A stretch of 43,875 bases of DNA, filler included, from Jimgerdemannia flammicorona (Eukaryota), in NCBI GenBank assembly GCA_003990765.1. It is 2 parts of 2 records of this genome, joined end to end, with 100 filler letters (N's around TTAATTAATTAA, not from the genome) between each part and the next. Parts side by side here need not be neighbours in the genome. Positions count along the whole stretch, not along the records: positions 1 to 21,891 come from RBNJ01001372.1; positions 21,992 to 43,875 come from RBNJ01001373.1. One strand, written 5' to 3'. Position numbers and translations under genes: made by a program. Shown in pieces: positions 10,333 to 22,049 of this stretch. The notes below the pieces were generated by a model. It did no database searches, was not told the DNA's origin, and saw nothing but the letters and a program-made list of their open reading frames with translations. Positions within the stretch are counted from its first letter, which is position 1; the number at the start of each line of letters is the position of its first letter.

Positions 10333-13300
10333 CTGCAGATTCCAGCCAAGCCACCAGTCAATCATAATGTCCTCTATTAACCCTTGCCATCTCAACAGCC
10401 TCATCTCCAAATCCAGGCTTCTCTCTTCCTCAAAAACAAATAACCAGTGACCCATCAACTCCACCTAAACTGCTAGTGCCCAACCTAAAGTAAGCTACTC
10501 CTTTTCCACCCCCCCTACCAATCTATCTCTCAAATCCTCCCACTGACCCCACTCACTATCTCTCCTATATATGATATCCAATTGATCCCCAATAACTAGC
10601 CAAAAGTCACAGGTATCTTACACTCTCCTAGCCAATGTTCTGGCATCTGTACAAATCCCTCCTCCTGTCTCACATTATGGCACTCCTCACAGTCAAAGCT
10701 TCCCTCCTCAATAAGGTGGTCTGAGCAGAAGTTGAACATAACATTTCTCTGCAGTATATATTACTAGACCACCTAGTACTTTAGCAACATCTACTATCAT
10801 ACCTCAGCACTCCAGGTCCAAACCCCATTCCAATCTCACTCCTCTCTAATACCTGCCAACTGCCATCCTCTAGGCCATAGATTCTGCCCTGGACCCCTCT
10901 GATACTCAATCTCATTGCTAATATTAAAATCAACTAGAGGAATGCCCCCCAACAATACTCTGTTTCATCTTCACATCACTAGGTCCTAAGATACTTCCCC
11001 TTCATTTCCCCTCTAGCAGATTCCAATACAGTGTGCCCTATCTACTACCCCCCACCAGAAGCCCTTGTACCACATGTGTCTATTGTTCTGAAGCCCAACT
11101 AAGGACAGTAGATCTCTCATAGAACCTCTTAGTGAGGATCTCATCTCTCAGACCTTCTGTATCAGGGGAACCCAGCTACCTCCTCTCAACTCCACCACTC
11201 TCTTCAGTCACTATGCTCTCAGACAGTATAGCCTTTTCAGAAAATCAACCAGCCCAAGGCCCCCTCTAGCCACCAGTAAAGATAAGATCTCTCAGCTAAT
11301 CTGACTCCTTCTCTTAGTCCAGATCCACCCCTTGACCAGTTTTATCAGTCTCTTTACTACCCAGGCTGGGAAGTTCAGATGATATGTCAAATACTACATA
11401 TTTAGCATTCAATAGACATTCAAAATCAAAATATACCCTGTCAGAGACAAGTAGTGTCCTCCCAACTCTGTAGGGCCTCCCCTCAGATCACAACCCACTG
11501 CTCCCACCAATGTCTTGGTAGGACTGATCCATATACTGGCAGATAGATACCCAAGTATCACACTATCTCTCCCATAGGGACAATTGTTCCAATGACATCC
11601 CCTTCCATCAGGTCATTACTCAATATCATCATTTTACACTTGTGCCAATTGAGTTTAGCCCCAGAGTATACCTCATACCACTCTACTATCTTTCTGAGCT
11701 CCTCAATGTCAGCAATCAATCCCAGGCCAACCACTATATTATCTGCAAAAGCTCCAACTTTCCACCCAATTCCATAAACCAAGAGCTTAACTATTCTCCT
11801 TCTAATCCTATCCATTAAAGGCTCTAGGGAAAGAGCATATAGAATGGGGAACAGTGGATCCCTCTGGGGCATACCTATCTCCAGGAGGAACACCACCTCT
11901 CTGTATCTATTGCATATAAGTGCAGCTCAACTCCTTTCCAGTAAGCTGACCATCACTAACTGGAACTGGTGAGGTACACCAATCTTATCCAATACCTTCA
12001 CTATCCAGATCCACCAAACCTAGTCATATGCCTTCTCCTCATCCAGAAAGACTAGTTACCCATCTAGTCTACAGGTTTGTGCCCCTTCAATAACTCTATA
12101 TATCCAAGCTGTGTTATCTCTAATGAGCTGATCTCTTATAAAGCCCCACTACTCTGCACCCAATACCTGCTGGGCCACCTTCTGCAGCCTTGTGACCACC
12201 ACCTTAGTAACCAACTTTCTGTCTATGTCTAGCAGCATGATCAGCTATCAGTTCTTCCAATCCTCCTACCTTCTCTTGTTCTTATATAGCAATATCACCA
12301 GCCCTAGATTCTGCTCTCCCACCTATCTCTCTGACTATAGTATCAAGTCATATAGTATCATCAGCTCACCCAGTAGTCTAGAGACTCCCACTATCTTCCT
12401 CCAGAAGTCTCAGGGCAGACTGTTCTCTCCTGGTACCATGTCCAGTATAGTTACAGTAAGAATCTGGCAGATCTTCTCCTCCTGTACTAGCTCTGCTAAG
12501 TCACCCAGCTCTTTGGCATATGGTAGATACCAATCCTCCAAAGCATGGTTAATGGTAACAGCATCAGCCCCACCCTCCTTCTCACTCCATAAACCACTCC
12601 ATCTCTTCTTTAACAAACCAAGAATGTCTTATATGCCATGCACCAGTAGACTATTAAAATCTAATACTCCCTCTCATCTCTACTTTACTCTCCTTACCCG
12701 AAGGGCCCTCATAAGATACTTAGAAGGCCTTTTCCCTTTCTCTATCCTCTACCAATGTAACTGAGCCACCAAACCCTACACCTACACCTCCTCTTCCAAC
12801 ATCTGTTGTAGTTCCTCAACCTCCATTTTCACCCACAGTAATCTTCAGTCCTCCCTCCCTTCCAGTGCCACCAGATCTGCCAAATCTTCCAAGAGTCTAG
12901 CCAGTCTAGCAGAAGCCCATCTCACCCTTCTCCTCCACTATCTTCTGGCCACCATACCAGCCTTACTCCAATAGGCCCTTGCAACCTCTTTTATTCTCAT
13001 CCATCAGGCACCAACTGGGGTACCTTCCTATATCCAGCCCTCCACCTTCTGCTGAATATCCTCAACCTACTTGTCCCACATCACTATATCATCCAATAAA
13101 GAGGAATTAAGGCACCAATGTCCAGGCCCATTCCCACCTCCCCCAAATGACTCTGCCCTAGCAGCCCCCAATGATCTGACTACAGACACCACTCTGTCTC
13201 CAGCGATTTTCAGACATCCAAACCCCAGCAGCTTGCTATCAGAATCCAGTCAATCCTTGTTCCCAGACTACCTGCCCAATGTGTATATACCCTCCTATTA

Positions 13301-13850
13301 CCCCAGAACCCCCTGCTAGTATCTACCAGAGTACTTAGTCTTTCTACTTCCTCCCATACCTCCAGCCCTCCACTCCTACCCATGGTCCCCCACTCTCTGT
13401 CAGTTCTATCTACCAGCACATCTCTGATCATATTGAAGTCCCCATCAAGCACATTCACTCTAGTCTCTATAAGTACTCCACTCTCCTGAAGACTCTTTAC
13501 TCAATTTATATACTCATTTCTTATAGTAGAGCAGTAGCAGGAACCCACTGTAACTGGCTCCCAATCTGTTTGTATCCACTCTTCCCAAACCAGCCTATCT
13601 CTCCAGATCCTCACATTCTGTATCTCCCTTCTGCCTCTCTGAATCAGAATCCCAACCTTGCCTTTCCAAACTATCTCACCACTCCATTCCTTCATCCATT
13701 CCAGCCTATCCAAATCATCCTCACATCTGATATCCTGCAAAAGAAAAAGATCAGTCTCCAATCCCTTCAGCCAAGCAAAAATGTTCTGATGCCAAAAGAA
13801 CTCCTTAACCTATTCACATTCATAGAAAAAATGTTGGTTATACTGTTCAT
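10333..13850 (-). pseudogene. LINE copy 1 ORF2 (APE endonuclease-RT-C-terminal Cys/His); extreme C-terminus continues at ~2900-3024
   Basis: MNSITNIF.., DLFLLQD, GDFN, TRIDWIL (endonuclease); GMPQRDPLFPILY, KVGAFADN (RT). Confidence 0.9.
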
Positions 13851-13879
13851 AGGGAAAATTGTGTGATATCAAGAATATT

Positions 13880-15900
13880 CTCTACTACTCTATATTCATC
13901 ACCTCCTGCACCATGTTTAGATTGTATTCAGCAGACACCTCCTCCTCCTCAGCCCTCTTAGCCTCTAATCCAACCAGTAGCTCAGTCATTATCCCATTAT
14001 TCCTTTCCTCAAAGTCTTCATGATACTCCAGACAAGCCTCCTATCAGAGTTACAATCTATGATACTTAGCCCAACAGTAGGTGGCCCTTTTACCAGCAAC
14101 AACTACCAGCTCAGCCTTTCTCTCCTTATCCACCTCATATTCCTTCTCCTCCAAGAACACTGCAAGTATTTCTGCCTTCAATGCTACCACTACTCCATCA
14201 CTCTATAAGATCTGTGCCCAGTATTCATCACTCATCACTCTAAGATCCACTTCTCCCAACTCTTCAGCTGCCAAGTTATTCATCATCTGGTACACCCAGA
14301 GTAGATTCCCAATATCCTTCCCCCCAGAGATTGCTGGCCTTCTTCTATCCAGCATCATGATATCAGTCCCTGTACTTACTGACTCATTCCACTCCTCCTC
14401 TGGGACATCTACCAATTTCTCTTCACTAGTTGCCACCACCTGGCCCCCCTTCACCACCTCAGAAACTCCAAAGTACACTTGTTGGGCACTACACATTATC
14501 ACATTCTCTGCCACCTGGCCTCTCACAGCTGGTCCCCACCTTATAAGGAGAGGGGGGATATCCTCCCAGACTTCAAACATACCATCCTCATATGGGTCTT
14601 TACTCAGCACCATCCTGGCCTCCTCCAGACCTACCTTCTTATTCTCTCTACTTCCACTGACCCAGACACTTGCCTTGGCCCCTTCAGTTTCTTTACTATC
14701 ACCTGTACTCCTCTTTGCCTCTTTCTCAATTTTTGCCAGCAACTTCTTCTGCCTCCTGTATTCTTGAGACCTCTCCCATAGCTCCTTATCTATATAGACC
14801 CACTTTCCATCAATAATCTCCAGATGAGTCAACTCCACAAATACCTTCCAAGCCTTCACCCTCCTCTCTACTGCTCTACTCAACTCCTCTAGCACCTCTA
14901 GTAAGTCTTCTTCCTTCTCCTCCTCCCCTTCACCTTCATCACCTTATATATGAAGACTCTCCACACTATCACTGAAGGCCAGTCCTGTGCCTTCTCAGTA
15001 GCCTCTCTTCCAGCCAACTGAATCCAGATATCAATATTCTCTATCCAGAAGGAGATTCCTTCTTACACCCTGAACCCTACATTGACCACCTCCCTATACT
15101 CAGCCATGACTTCCTCTACTCTCCTCCTTATCTCTACTGTAGTTACTATAGGAACTCCTTTCACCAAGAGCTAGACCACTCTGGGGTCCTACCTCAGGCA
15201 GCATATCATTGATATATATATATATCTCTCCAACTATCAACCCAGCCTTCAATGCATCCTCCAATAGCCCAGCCTCCTCAAAGCCTACCTCCACTCCTTC
15301 CAAGCCCCTCAGGAACTTAACAGATGCTGCACCACCCATCTGTTTAGCAATCAGCCCTAGGACTATTTTTGCTATCACTACTAAGCCCCAGAAGTATAAA
15401 GTGACTGTGAACTCTGAAATCGATTTCTTGAGTAATGGGACCACCACTAGTCCTATTACATCATCAGCTAGGTCACTAGGCCTTATGCCCTTCCCACCAC
15501 TCAGTCCACCATCAGTAGTCCCATTTAGATTTTTTTCCAGATCCCCCATTACACTTCCATTAGCAGTTACCCCCTCAGCTACTATACTGCCAGCCCCCCT
15601 ACTCTAGCTATTTAGTGAGACTCTCCCCAGCTGCTGCTGCCCTACATTCTTCACTGTCTTCTTGCTCTTCCTCAGCCAGTCCTCCAGTTTAGTCACCATC
15701 TGCCTCTCCTTTACCATATCTGTAAAGCTTGCTCTTCTGCTCCTCTACCCTCTAATATTGCTCTCTCTCCTTCTCTGTCCATCTGCCAGCAAGTCTCTCA
15801 TGCTTTCCCCCAAGCCAGGGCCTCTTCTTATATATTGCCAGTCAAATGCACTTGGGCCTCTCTGCCCAGTATATACCTCAGAACACTCATTGGTCATTAT
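13880..15900 (-). pseudogene. LINE copy 1 ORF1, fragmented; boundaries approximate
   Basis: ORF-track fragments 15745-16005, 15100-15549 and 14203-14895 are homologous to copy 2 ORF1. Confidence 0.8.
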
Positions 15901-15988
15901 GTTTCTAGTATCTTTCTCTAAAACTATATCATAAGAGTTGTCAGAAGGTTGTGTAACCTGAATGTTACTAGAGAAAAGATGTGCCCTA

Positions 15989-16290
15989 TATATGTTTTCT
16001 TTCATTCTTATGAGCTTGAAGTATTGGTCTAATTGGAAGATCCATGTATCTGTAGATAGTTCTCCTCAGTAACTGTTGAAGATATCTGGCTTGAGTAGCT
16101 TGAAACTGACTAATATTATAGCAGAATATAATGTACTTGTAGTTCTTGTTTTCTGCTATTCTAGTTATACTTGAAATACTTGAATTTGGTGGGCCATAGA
16201 GATGATTATATCCTCTATGCTGACTTGTAGTTCTTCTGCTTCTCCTATAGCAAAGAGGTCTGGTTAGTAGACTGACTCTTCATGGCTCAT
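15989..16290 (-). pseudogene. A1 gag N-terminal part
   Basis: FKLLKPDIFNSY*GELSTDTWIFQLDQYF is a retrotransposon Gag capsid-type motif and joins the gag at 2803. Confidence 0.8.
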
Positions 16291-16364
16291 TTCAGATTTA
16301 TATGACTAGTTGTGACTGGTTTCTGAATTTGTATAAGGTGTCTTAATAAGGCAAGGTGTAATGA

Positions 16365-16380
16365 CACTACTATTATCAAG
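16365..16380 (-). promoter_or_regulatory. Degenerate PBS of A1 (TGATAATAGTAG, probably from TGGTAGCAG.., tRNA-iMet-like)
   Basis: Directly follows the 5' LTR; resembles the degenerate PBS of element C at ~31513. Confidence 0.45.
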
Positions 16381-16826
16381 TGTAATGGTTTTAGTTTCTT
16401 TAAGAGAAAGCAGCTAAATCTGGAAGTTCTAGTTGCCCTAAAATAGCTCAAAGAAATACTTAAAGAATTTCTGAGAGAAAATATTCTGAACTTTATTCAG
16501 GCAAAGAATAAGGATATTTATATATAATCTAAAAGAAAGATCTAGAAGAATCTTGGAAAGAAAGAGAAATACCAAGAAATAGGTTCTTAGCAAAGCTGAC
16601 TAATATAATTCTACAATATTCTGAAAGGTTCTATGACTAGCTAAGATAAGATGCTTAGCACCAAGGAAAGATAAGAGTGTTCTAGTAGTGTCTGGATATT
16701 GAGAGAAGGTTTCTAAGTAAGTAGAAGGTGGTAGAACATAGTAGAATATTCAAAAAATAATAAGAAAAGACTAAATAAAAGACACAAAAATGTACTAAGA
16801 CTAAATATGACTGTGAAGTTATTACA
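16381..16826 (-). repeat. 5' LTR of A1
   Basis: TGTAA...TTACA; reverse-complement homolog of 21267-21731 and 42660-42983. Confidence 0.9.
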
Positions 16827-17160
16827 GTTGAGCTAGAAGAGTTACAAAGCCTTGATGAAGCCATGAGAATTACCAATAAATTTACTTCAAACTAGAATAC
16901 TGCAAGAAGAACTACTTTGAGAACTGCTATAGAAACCAATTAAGGACAGTTGGCCCAGCACTAATGGATTAGATACTATAAACAAAAAGAGTACTAAGCT
17001 TACTCCTGAAGAAAAGAACTGTCTGAAGAAATCTAGAGCTTGTTTTTTCTATCACCAAACAAGACATATTATAACCAAATATCCTAAGAAGACTAGCAAA
17101 TCTTCTAGACCAGTCACTGTATTGTCCAAAGATATATCTGTCAATTCTACTATCAGTTAA

Positions 17161-17574
17161 CCCAAGCTCAAAATTAAGAAACTTCATCTAAAAGTCCAGG
17201 CTTCTCAATATCAAACAAAAGAAACTATTAGTCTTAACCTATATTCTGTCAAACAAGTTACCATTCCAGCTAAGGGCTGAACTCCGGTGTCTACTAGAAT
17301 TGCAGTCCAATATTCTGAAGGACATTATGTTAGAATTATACTATGATCAGGACTCAGTGTCAAATATTATTTAAATATAGATACTAGTGTTATTAACCCA
17401 GACTTTCAAGAACAAGTTCAAGTCCTACTTATCAACCAGAAGGATCAAGACTACATAGTCAAGGAAGGAGACTGAGTCATGCAAATGATTCTAGAAAAAG
17501 CCAGTTAACTCAAAATTATAGAGATTCAAGAACTCTCTAAAATCAAATGAGACCAAAAAGGTTTTGGTAGCACC
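17161..17574 (+). pseudogene. dUTPase domain of A2, between the Gag knuckle and protease
   Basis: RIIL*SGLSVK, SVINPDFQEQVQVLLIN, EGD*VMQMIL and *DQKGFGST correspond to dUTPase motifs 2-5. Confidence 0.88.
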
Positions 17575-20500
17575 AATCAAGCAGTAAGTCTTATTGAAAA
17601 TCAAGCTTAAGCTATACTCATTTTTAAAGACCTAGTTAAAAGAAAAGAAGTTTATATACTCATAGATAGTAGAGCTATAGAAAACTTCATCAATCAGAAC
17701 CTTATTGAAAGTCTCAAGATTCTCACCAAGTCTGTATCCAAGAATAATAGTATAGTTACTACAAATAGTATACTGTACTCCATTAAGTCAATTACTATCA
17801 AGCTATCCATCAAGATCTAGAAATATTAGAAATGAGTAGACCTTGAGGTCACACCACTAGGAGATCATAACCTAATCCTAGAAAAATCCTGATTTATGAA
17901 ATATAATCCAGATATTGATTGGTATAAGAATAAAGTCACCTTACTTCAAGATAGAGTCAACATCACTATCAAGACAGATAAGATCTTAAGTAAGACCCAG
18001 ATTGCAATACTATCAGCTATACAGTACAAGAGAGTACTCAAGAAGGCAATATATGCCTTTGTTGCAATAGTTCATTCTAAGAAACAAGACCAGAAACTAT
18101 CAGTTAATGAAAGTATCAAGTTACTACTAGAAGAATTCAAGGATGTCTTTCCAGACAAGCTATCTGATCTACTACTTATACAAGAAGTTGATTATGAAAT
18201 CAAACTGACCCCAAAAGCTATACTATCTAAGAAATACATATACCACATATTGCTACTTGAAATTGAAGCAGTTAAGAAGAAACTAAAAGAACTACTTATA
18301 TAAGGAGCCATTCAGCTAAGCAAATCTCCCTATAGCTCACTAGTCTTAAGAAAAAGGATAGTACTCTGTAAATATATATAAACTATCATGTACTCAATAA
18401 GCTCACTATCAAGAACTCTATCTGCTATCCTTGATTGATCAAATCTTTGATGCTTTCAAGAATGTCAAATATTTTACCAAGTTGGATCTTATGTCAGAAT
18501 ACCACCAGATCTGAATCAAGTTAGAGGATATTCTCAAAACTATATTCATGACCCCCTTTAGACTCTATGAATTCCTGGTCTTAGTATTTAGCCTCATCAA
18601 TGTATTCACTATATTCCAGACTTTGATGAATAAGATATTCAAAAAACTAACTATTTATTTTCCTGTTGGTATATCTTGATGATATTCTGATCTTTAGTGT
18701 AACTAAAGAAGAATACCTTAAACATATTTGAATAGTTCTGGAGATTCTGTGAAAACACAAACTTTATACCAAGCTCAAGAAGTACAAATTCTTCAAAGAA
18801 CAAGTCAAATATCTTAGCCACATTGTCTCTGTACAAGAAATTCAAGTAGACCCACATAAGGTAGAAGTAATTCAAGAATAGTCTATTCTATTAAACCTCA
18901 CAGAACTCCAATCCTTTCTTGGTCTAGCTGGCTACTATTATCACTTTGTCAGAAACTTCTCTGATATTGCTGAGCTACTGACTAACCTCATGAGGAAGGC
19001 CCCACACTCAGACCACTATGTATCCTATATCTGAGACCTCTTCTGTCAATAAGCTTTCCAAGAACTCAAGAACTATCTAATCTATACTCCAGTTCTGCAT
19101 AATACAGATCAAAGCCTAAAATTCATAGTTATCACTAATGTGTCAAAATTTGTCATTAGAGCAGTCCTATTATAAGATAATGGTAAAGAACATCGCTCTA
19201 TTGCTTTTAAGTTCCACAAGTTGACTCCAGCCAAACAAAAGCTAGCTACTCACAAGAAGGAACTACTGGTAATAATATACACACTAGACTACTGGTAATA
19301 CTATCTAGAAGATATTGAGTTTGATGTCATTACTGACTATCAATCTCTCAAATACATCAATACCCAATCTACTCTATTATGTTTACAAGTTAAATAGAGC
19401 CTCAAGCTCAAACCTTCAACCCAATGATCATCTACAAGTCTGGTAAGATACTTATAGTACCAGATGCCTTATCAAGATATCCAGATCTTACCATAATCAT
19501 ACAAGTTATCTTGGCATCAGAATTTCTAGACCAAATTAGGCAAACTTACAAAAAAGACATAGTCACTAATAGAGTTTTCTCAAATAAGCTCAAGGATATA
19601 TATACTATTGAGAACAACCTAATCTATCATCAAGACCAAGTCTATTTATCTGAAAACATGAGCTTATATTATAAGGTTTTGTAAGAATACTATGACTCCT
19701 CTCTTGCCAGTTATCTTAGAATCAAAAAGACTATCAATAATATCCAATACTGCTATTATTAGCCAAGCATAGTTAAGAAAATCATAAACTATATTACTAG
19801 CTATAATCTATATCAGTATAACAAGTCTACTAACTAAGCACTAGCCAGTTTGTTACAATTACTACTAATTCTCACCAAGAAATTTGAGTAAGTTATAATG
19901 GACTTTGTAACTCAACTGCTATAAACTCAATCTGGTGCTAATACTATTGTTATATTTATTGATTGCCTGACTAAGACTATAGTTACTGAACTAAATACTA
20001 CTAATACTACTGCACTCAAGATTGCAAGAATCTTCTTCAAGTTCATCTTCTATCACTATAGCCTACTATGAGTAATTATCAATAATCATAACTCTAAGTT
20101 TACTAGTTACTTCTGGTAAACTCTCTTCAAGACCCTGAGAACCCAATTAGCTATATCTACTGCCTTTCACTCATAAACTGATAGACAAACTGAGTACATT
20201 AACAGAACTCTAGAATAGATACTTAGAAACTATATTTCTTATGAATAAGATGATTGGGACTATTATCTAACTTATGCAGAGTTTGTATACAATAATACTA
20301 TCTAATCATCTACTGGTCTTTTTCCTTTTCAGTTACTTTATGATCAAGATTCTGAGACCCCTGCAAGTTTAGTCTCTTTCAAGAAAAGCAGTCAAATATA
20401 AGTCTCTACTGCTAAGAGTTTTATAGACAAAATGAACAAACTACTTAAGATTGCTACTGTAAATCTTCAGAAGACCCAATAGTATCAAGCCAAGTATACT

Positions 20501-20789
20501 GATAAGAAATACTACAATATTACTTATACTGTTAGAGATCAACCTACTATCTACTGAGAACCTCAAGATATAATCTCAAATCAACCACCTGTTAAATAAG
20601 TTCTAACTCAAGTATATTAGACCTTTCAAGATTACTGAACAAGTTTCTGCATTCTCTTATCACCTCAAGCTATCTGAAGTTATAAGAGTATACTCAGTCT
20701 TTTATATATCACACCTCAAGACCTAGAACTAGTTACTGCCCTATCCTGGTCAAATTCCCAAGCTATCTATCTCTGATTATTGAAGACTA

Positions 20790-20945
20790 TATTGAGTATA
20801 AAGCTGAGAAAATTCAAATGAATCTGTTACTGCTATTCTGAATACCTAGTCAAGTAGATGGACTATCCTGAATATGATACTATCTGGGAACTACTGGTTA
20901 ATCTCAAGAACTCTCAAGATCTAGTTCAAGACTTCAAGGCAAAAT
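20790..20945 (+). pseudogene. Integrase C-terminal chromodomain of A2
   Basis: EYKAEKI...EYLVK*MDYPEYDTIWELLVNLKNSQDLVQDF resembles YLVKW.GY...TWEP..NL. Confidence 0.85.
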
Positions 20946-21266
20946 ATATTATCTAATCTCTATAGTGACTTCTTTGAATTATTAATGATCTATGATAATA
21001 ATCAGTACTTTATATATCAGAAGTTTACTTTGAGACCCCAGAACCAGTAGAATATTTAATGAACAAAAAGTCTACTGAAATAAAGCTACTAGCTAGATTC
21101 AAACTCCTTCTAGTTAGTTAGTCTAGTAATAGACCCTCTGTCCTATATAAGGATGGCTAATCCCTACCAATGTACTAATATAAGTTTGAGAAATTTTAGT
21201 AAAGTATATCTAATCTTATATTATCTAAGAACTCAATAAGGATATTAGTTCTTAAGAAAAGAGAGA

Positions 21267-21731
21267 TGTAATAATTTCACAGTTATATTTTAACCTTAAT
21301 ATATTTTCACATCTTTTAGCTAGTCTTTTTTTATCATTTTTTGAACATTTTACTATATTTCACTACTTTCTACTTACTTGAAAATCTCCTCTTAGTATCT
21401 AGACACTACTAGAATATTCTTGTCTTTCCTTGACATCAAATATCTTATCTTAGCTAGTTATAGAATCTTTTAGAATATTATAGAATTATATTAGTCAGCT
21501 TTATCAAAAATCTATTTTTTGACATTTCTCTTTCTTTCCAAAATCCTTCTAGATCTTTCTTTCAGATCATATATAAATATTCTTATTTTCTATCTGAATA
21601 AAGCTCAGAATATTTTCTCTCAGAAATCCTTCTAAAATACTTGAATCTTTAAATATCTCTTCAAGCTACTTTAGGCTTACTAGAACTTCTAGATTTAGCT
21701 ACTTTCTCTTAAAGAAACTAGAACTGTTATA
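21267..21731 (+). repeat. 3' LTR of A2
   Basis: Follows the PPT; TGTAA...GTTATA (from TTACA); homologous to the A1 LTR. Confidence 0.9.
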
Positions 21732-21740
21732 GTTTTAATA

Positions 21741-21891
21741 AATCTTAAGTAACTCAAAGAGATATATATATATATTTAAGTAATCTTAAAAAAAAATTTA
21801 AAAAAAAATTATAAGCTTTATTTGAGTAGAGAAAGAGAATATTTATATATATAAGATCTGAAAGAAAGATTTAGAAGAATCTTAAAAATGA
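21741..21891 (-). repeat. Highly degenerate family-A LTR fragment
   Basis: Resembles 16430-16560 (e.g. ATCTGAAAGAAAGATTTAGAAGAATCTT). Confidence 0.5.
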
Positions 21892-21991
21892 NNNNNNNNN
21901 NNNNNNNNNNNNNNNNNNNNNNNNNNNNNNNNNNNTTAATTAATTAANNNNNNNNNNNNNNNNNNNNNNNNNNNNNNNNNNNNNNNNNNNN
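21892..21991. other. Assembly gap / artificial contig linker (N44-TTAATTAATTAA-N44)
   Basis: Symmetric N runs around a six-frame stop 12-mer at 21936-21947; 100 bp total. Confidence 0.95.
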
Positions 21992-22049
21992 TTTTTTATA
22001 GTCCCTTGGACTCTATCTTTATTACCAGTCTATGAATAAGTATACAATA

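Larger units (their letters stand above)
2804..15988 (-). mobile_element. Full-length L1/Tx1-like non-LTR retrotransposon (LINE copy 1), interrupted by Gypsy element B
   Basis: Poly(T) at 2804-2834 is the poly(A) tail. Approximate TSD TATATGT(C/T)TTC at 2793-2803 and 15989-15999. 5' end matches LINE copies at 27859 and 43580. Confidence 0.9.
188..16826 (-). mobile_element. Ty3/Gypsy LTR retrotransposon family A, copy A1 (5'LTR-gag-dUTPase-PR-RT; 3' part outside window), interrupted by LINE copy 1
   Basis: 188-2480 is the reverse complement of A2 at ~16830-19100. Gag reads continuously across the LINE insertion (KPDIFNSY*GELSTDTWIFQLDQYFKL | VQFATILL*GN). LTR at 16381-16826. Confidence 0.9.
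16827..21731 (+). mobile_element. Ty3/Gypsy chromovirus family A, copy A2 (gag C-term-dUTPase-PR-RT-RH-IN-chromodomain-PPT-3'LTR), heavily mutated
   Basis: Starts mid-gag exactly at the A1 LTR edge. LIDSRA (PR), VYLDD near 18670, ITNVSKFVIRAVL (RH), MDFVTQL and HS*TDRQTE (IN). PPT AAGAAAAGAGAGA at 21254-21266. Confidence 0.92.

Noticed and set aside
188..19100. Large inverted repeat (188-2480 vs ~16830-19100) as a giant TIR element or inversion
   Set aside because: Explained by A1 inserting in opposite orientation into A2 of the same family.
188..21731. Alternative genetic code or programmed read-through to explain the many in-frame stops
   Set aside because: All three stop types occur, they replace Arg, Gln or Trp codons by single transitions, and they differ between copies of the same family. 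This is mutational decay.
21936..21947. TTAATTAATTAA as a piggyBac target or regulatory motif
   Set aside because: Centred in symmetric N runs; a synthetic six-frame stop linker. Nothing should be inferred about adjacency across it.
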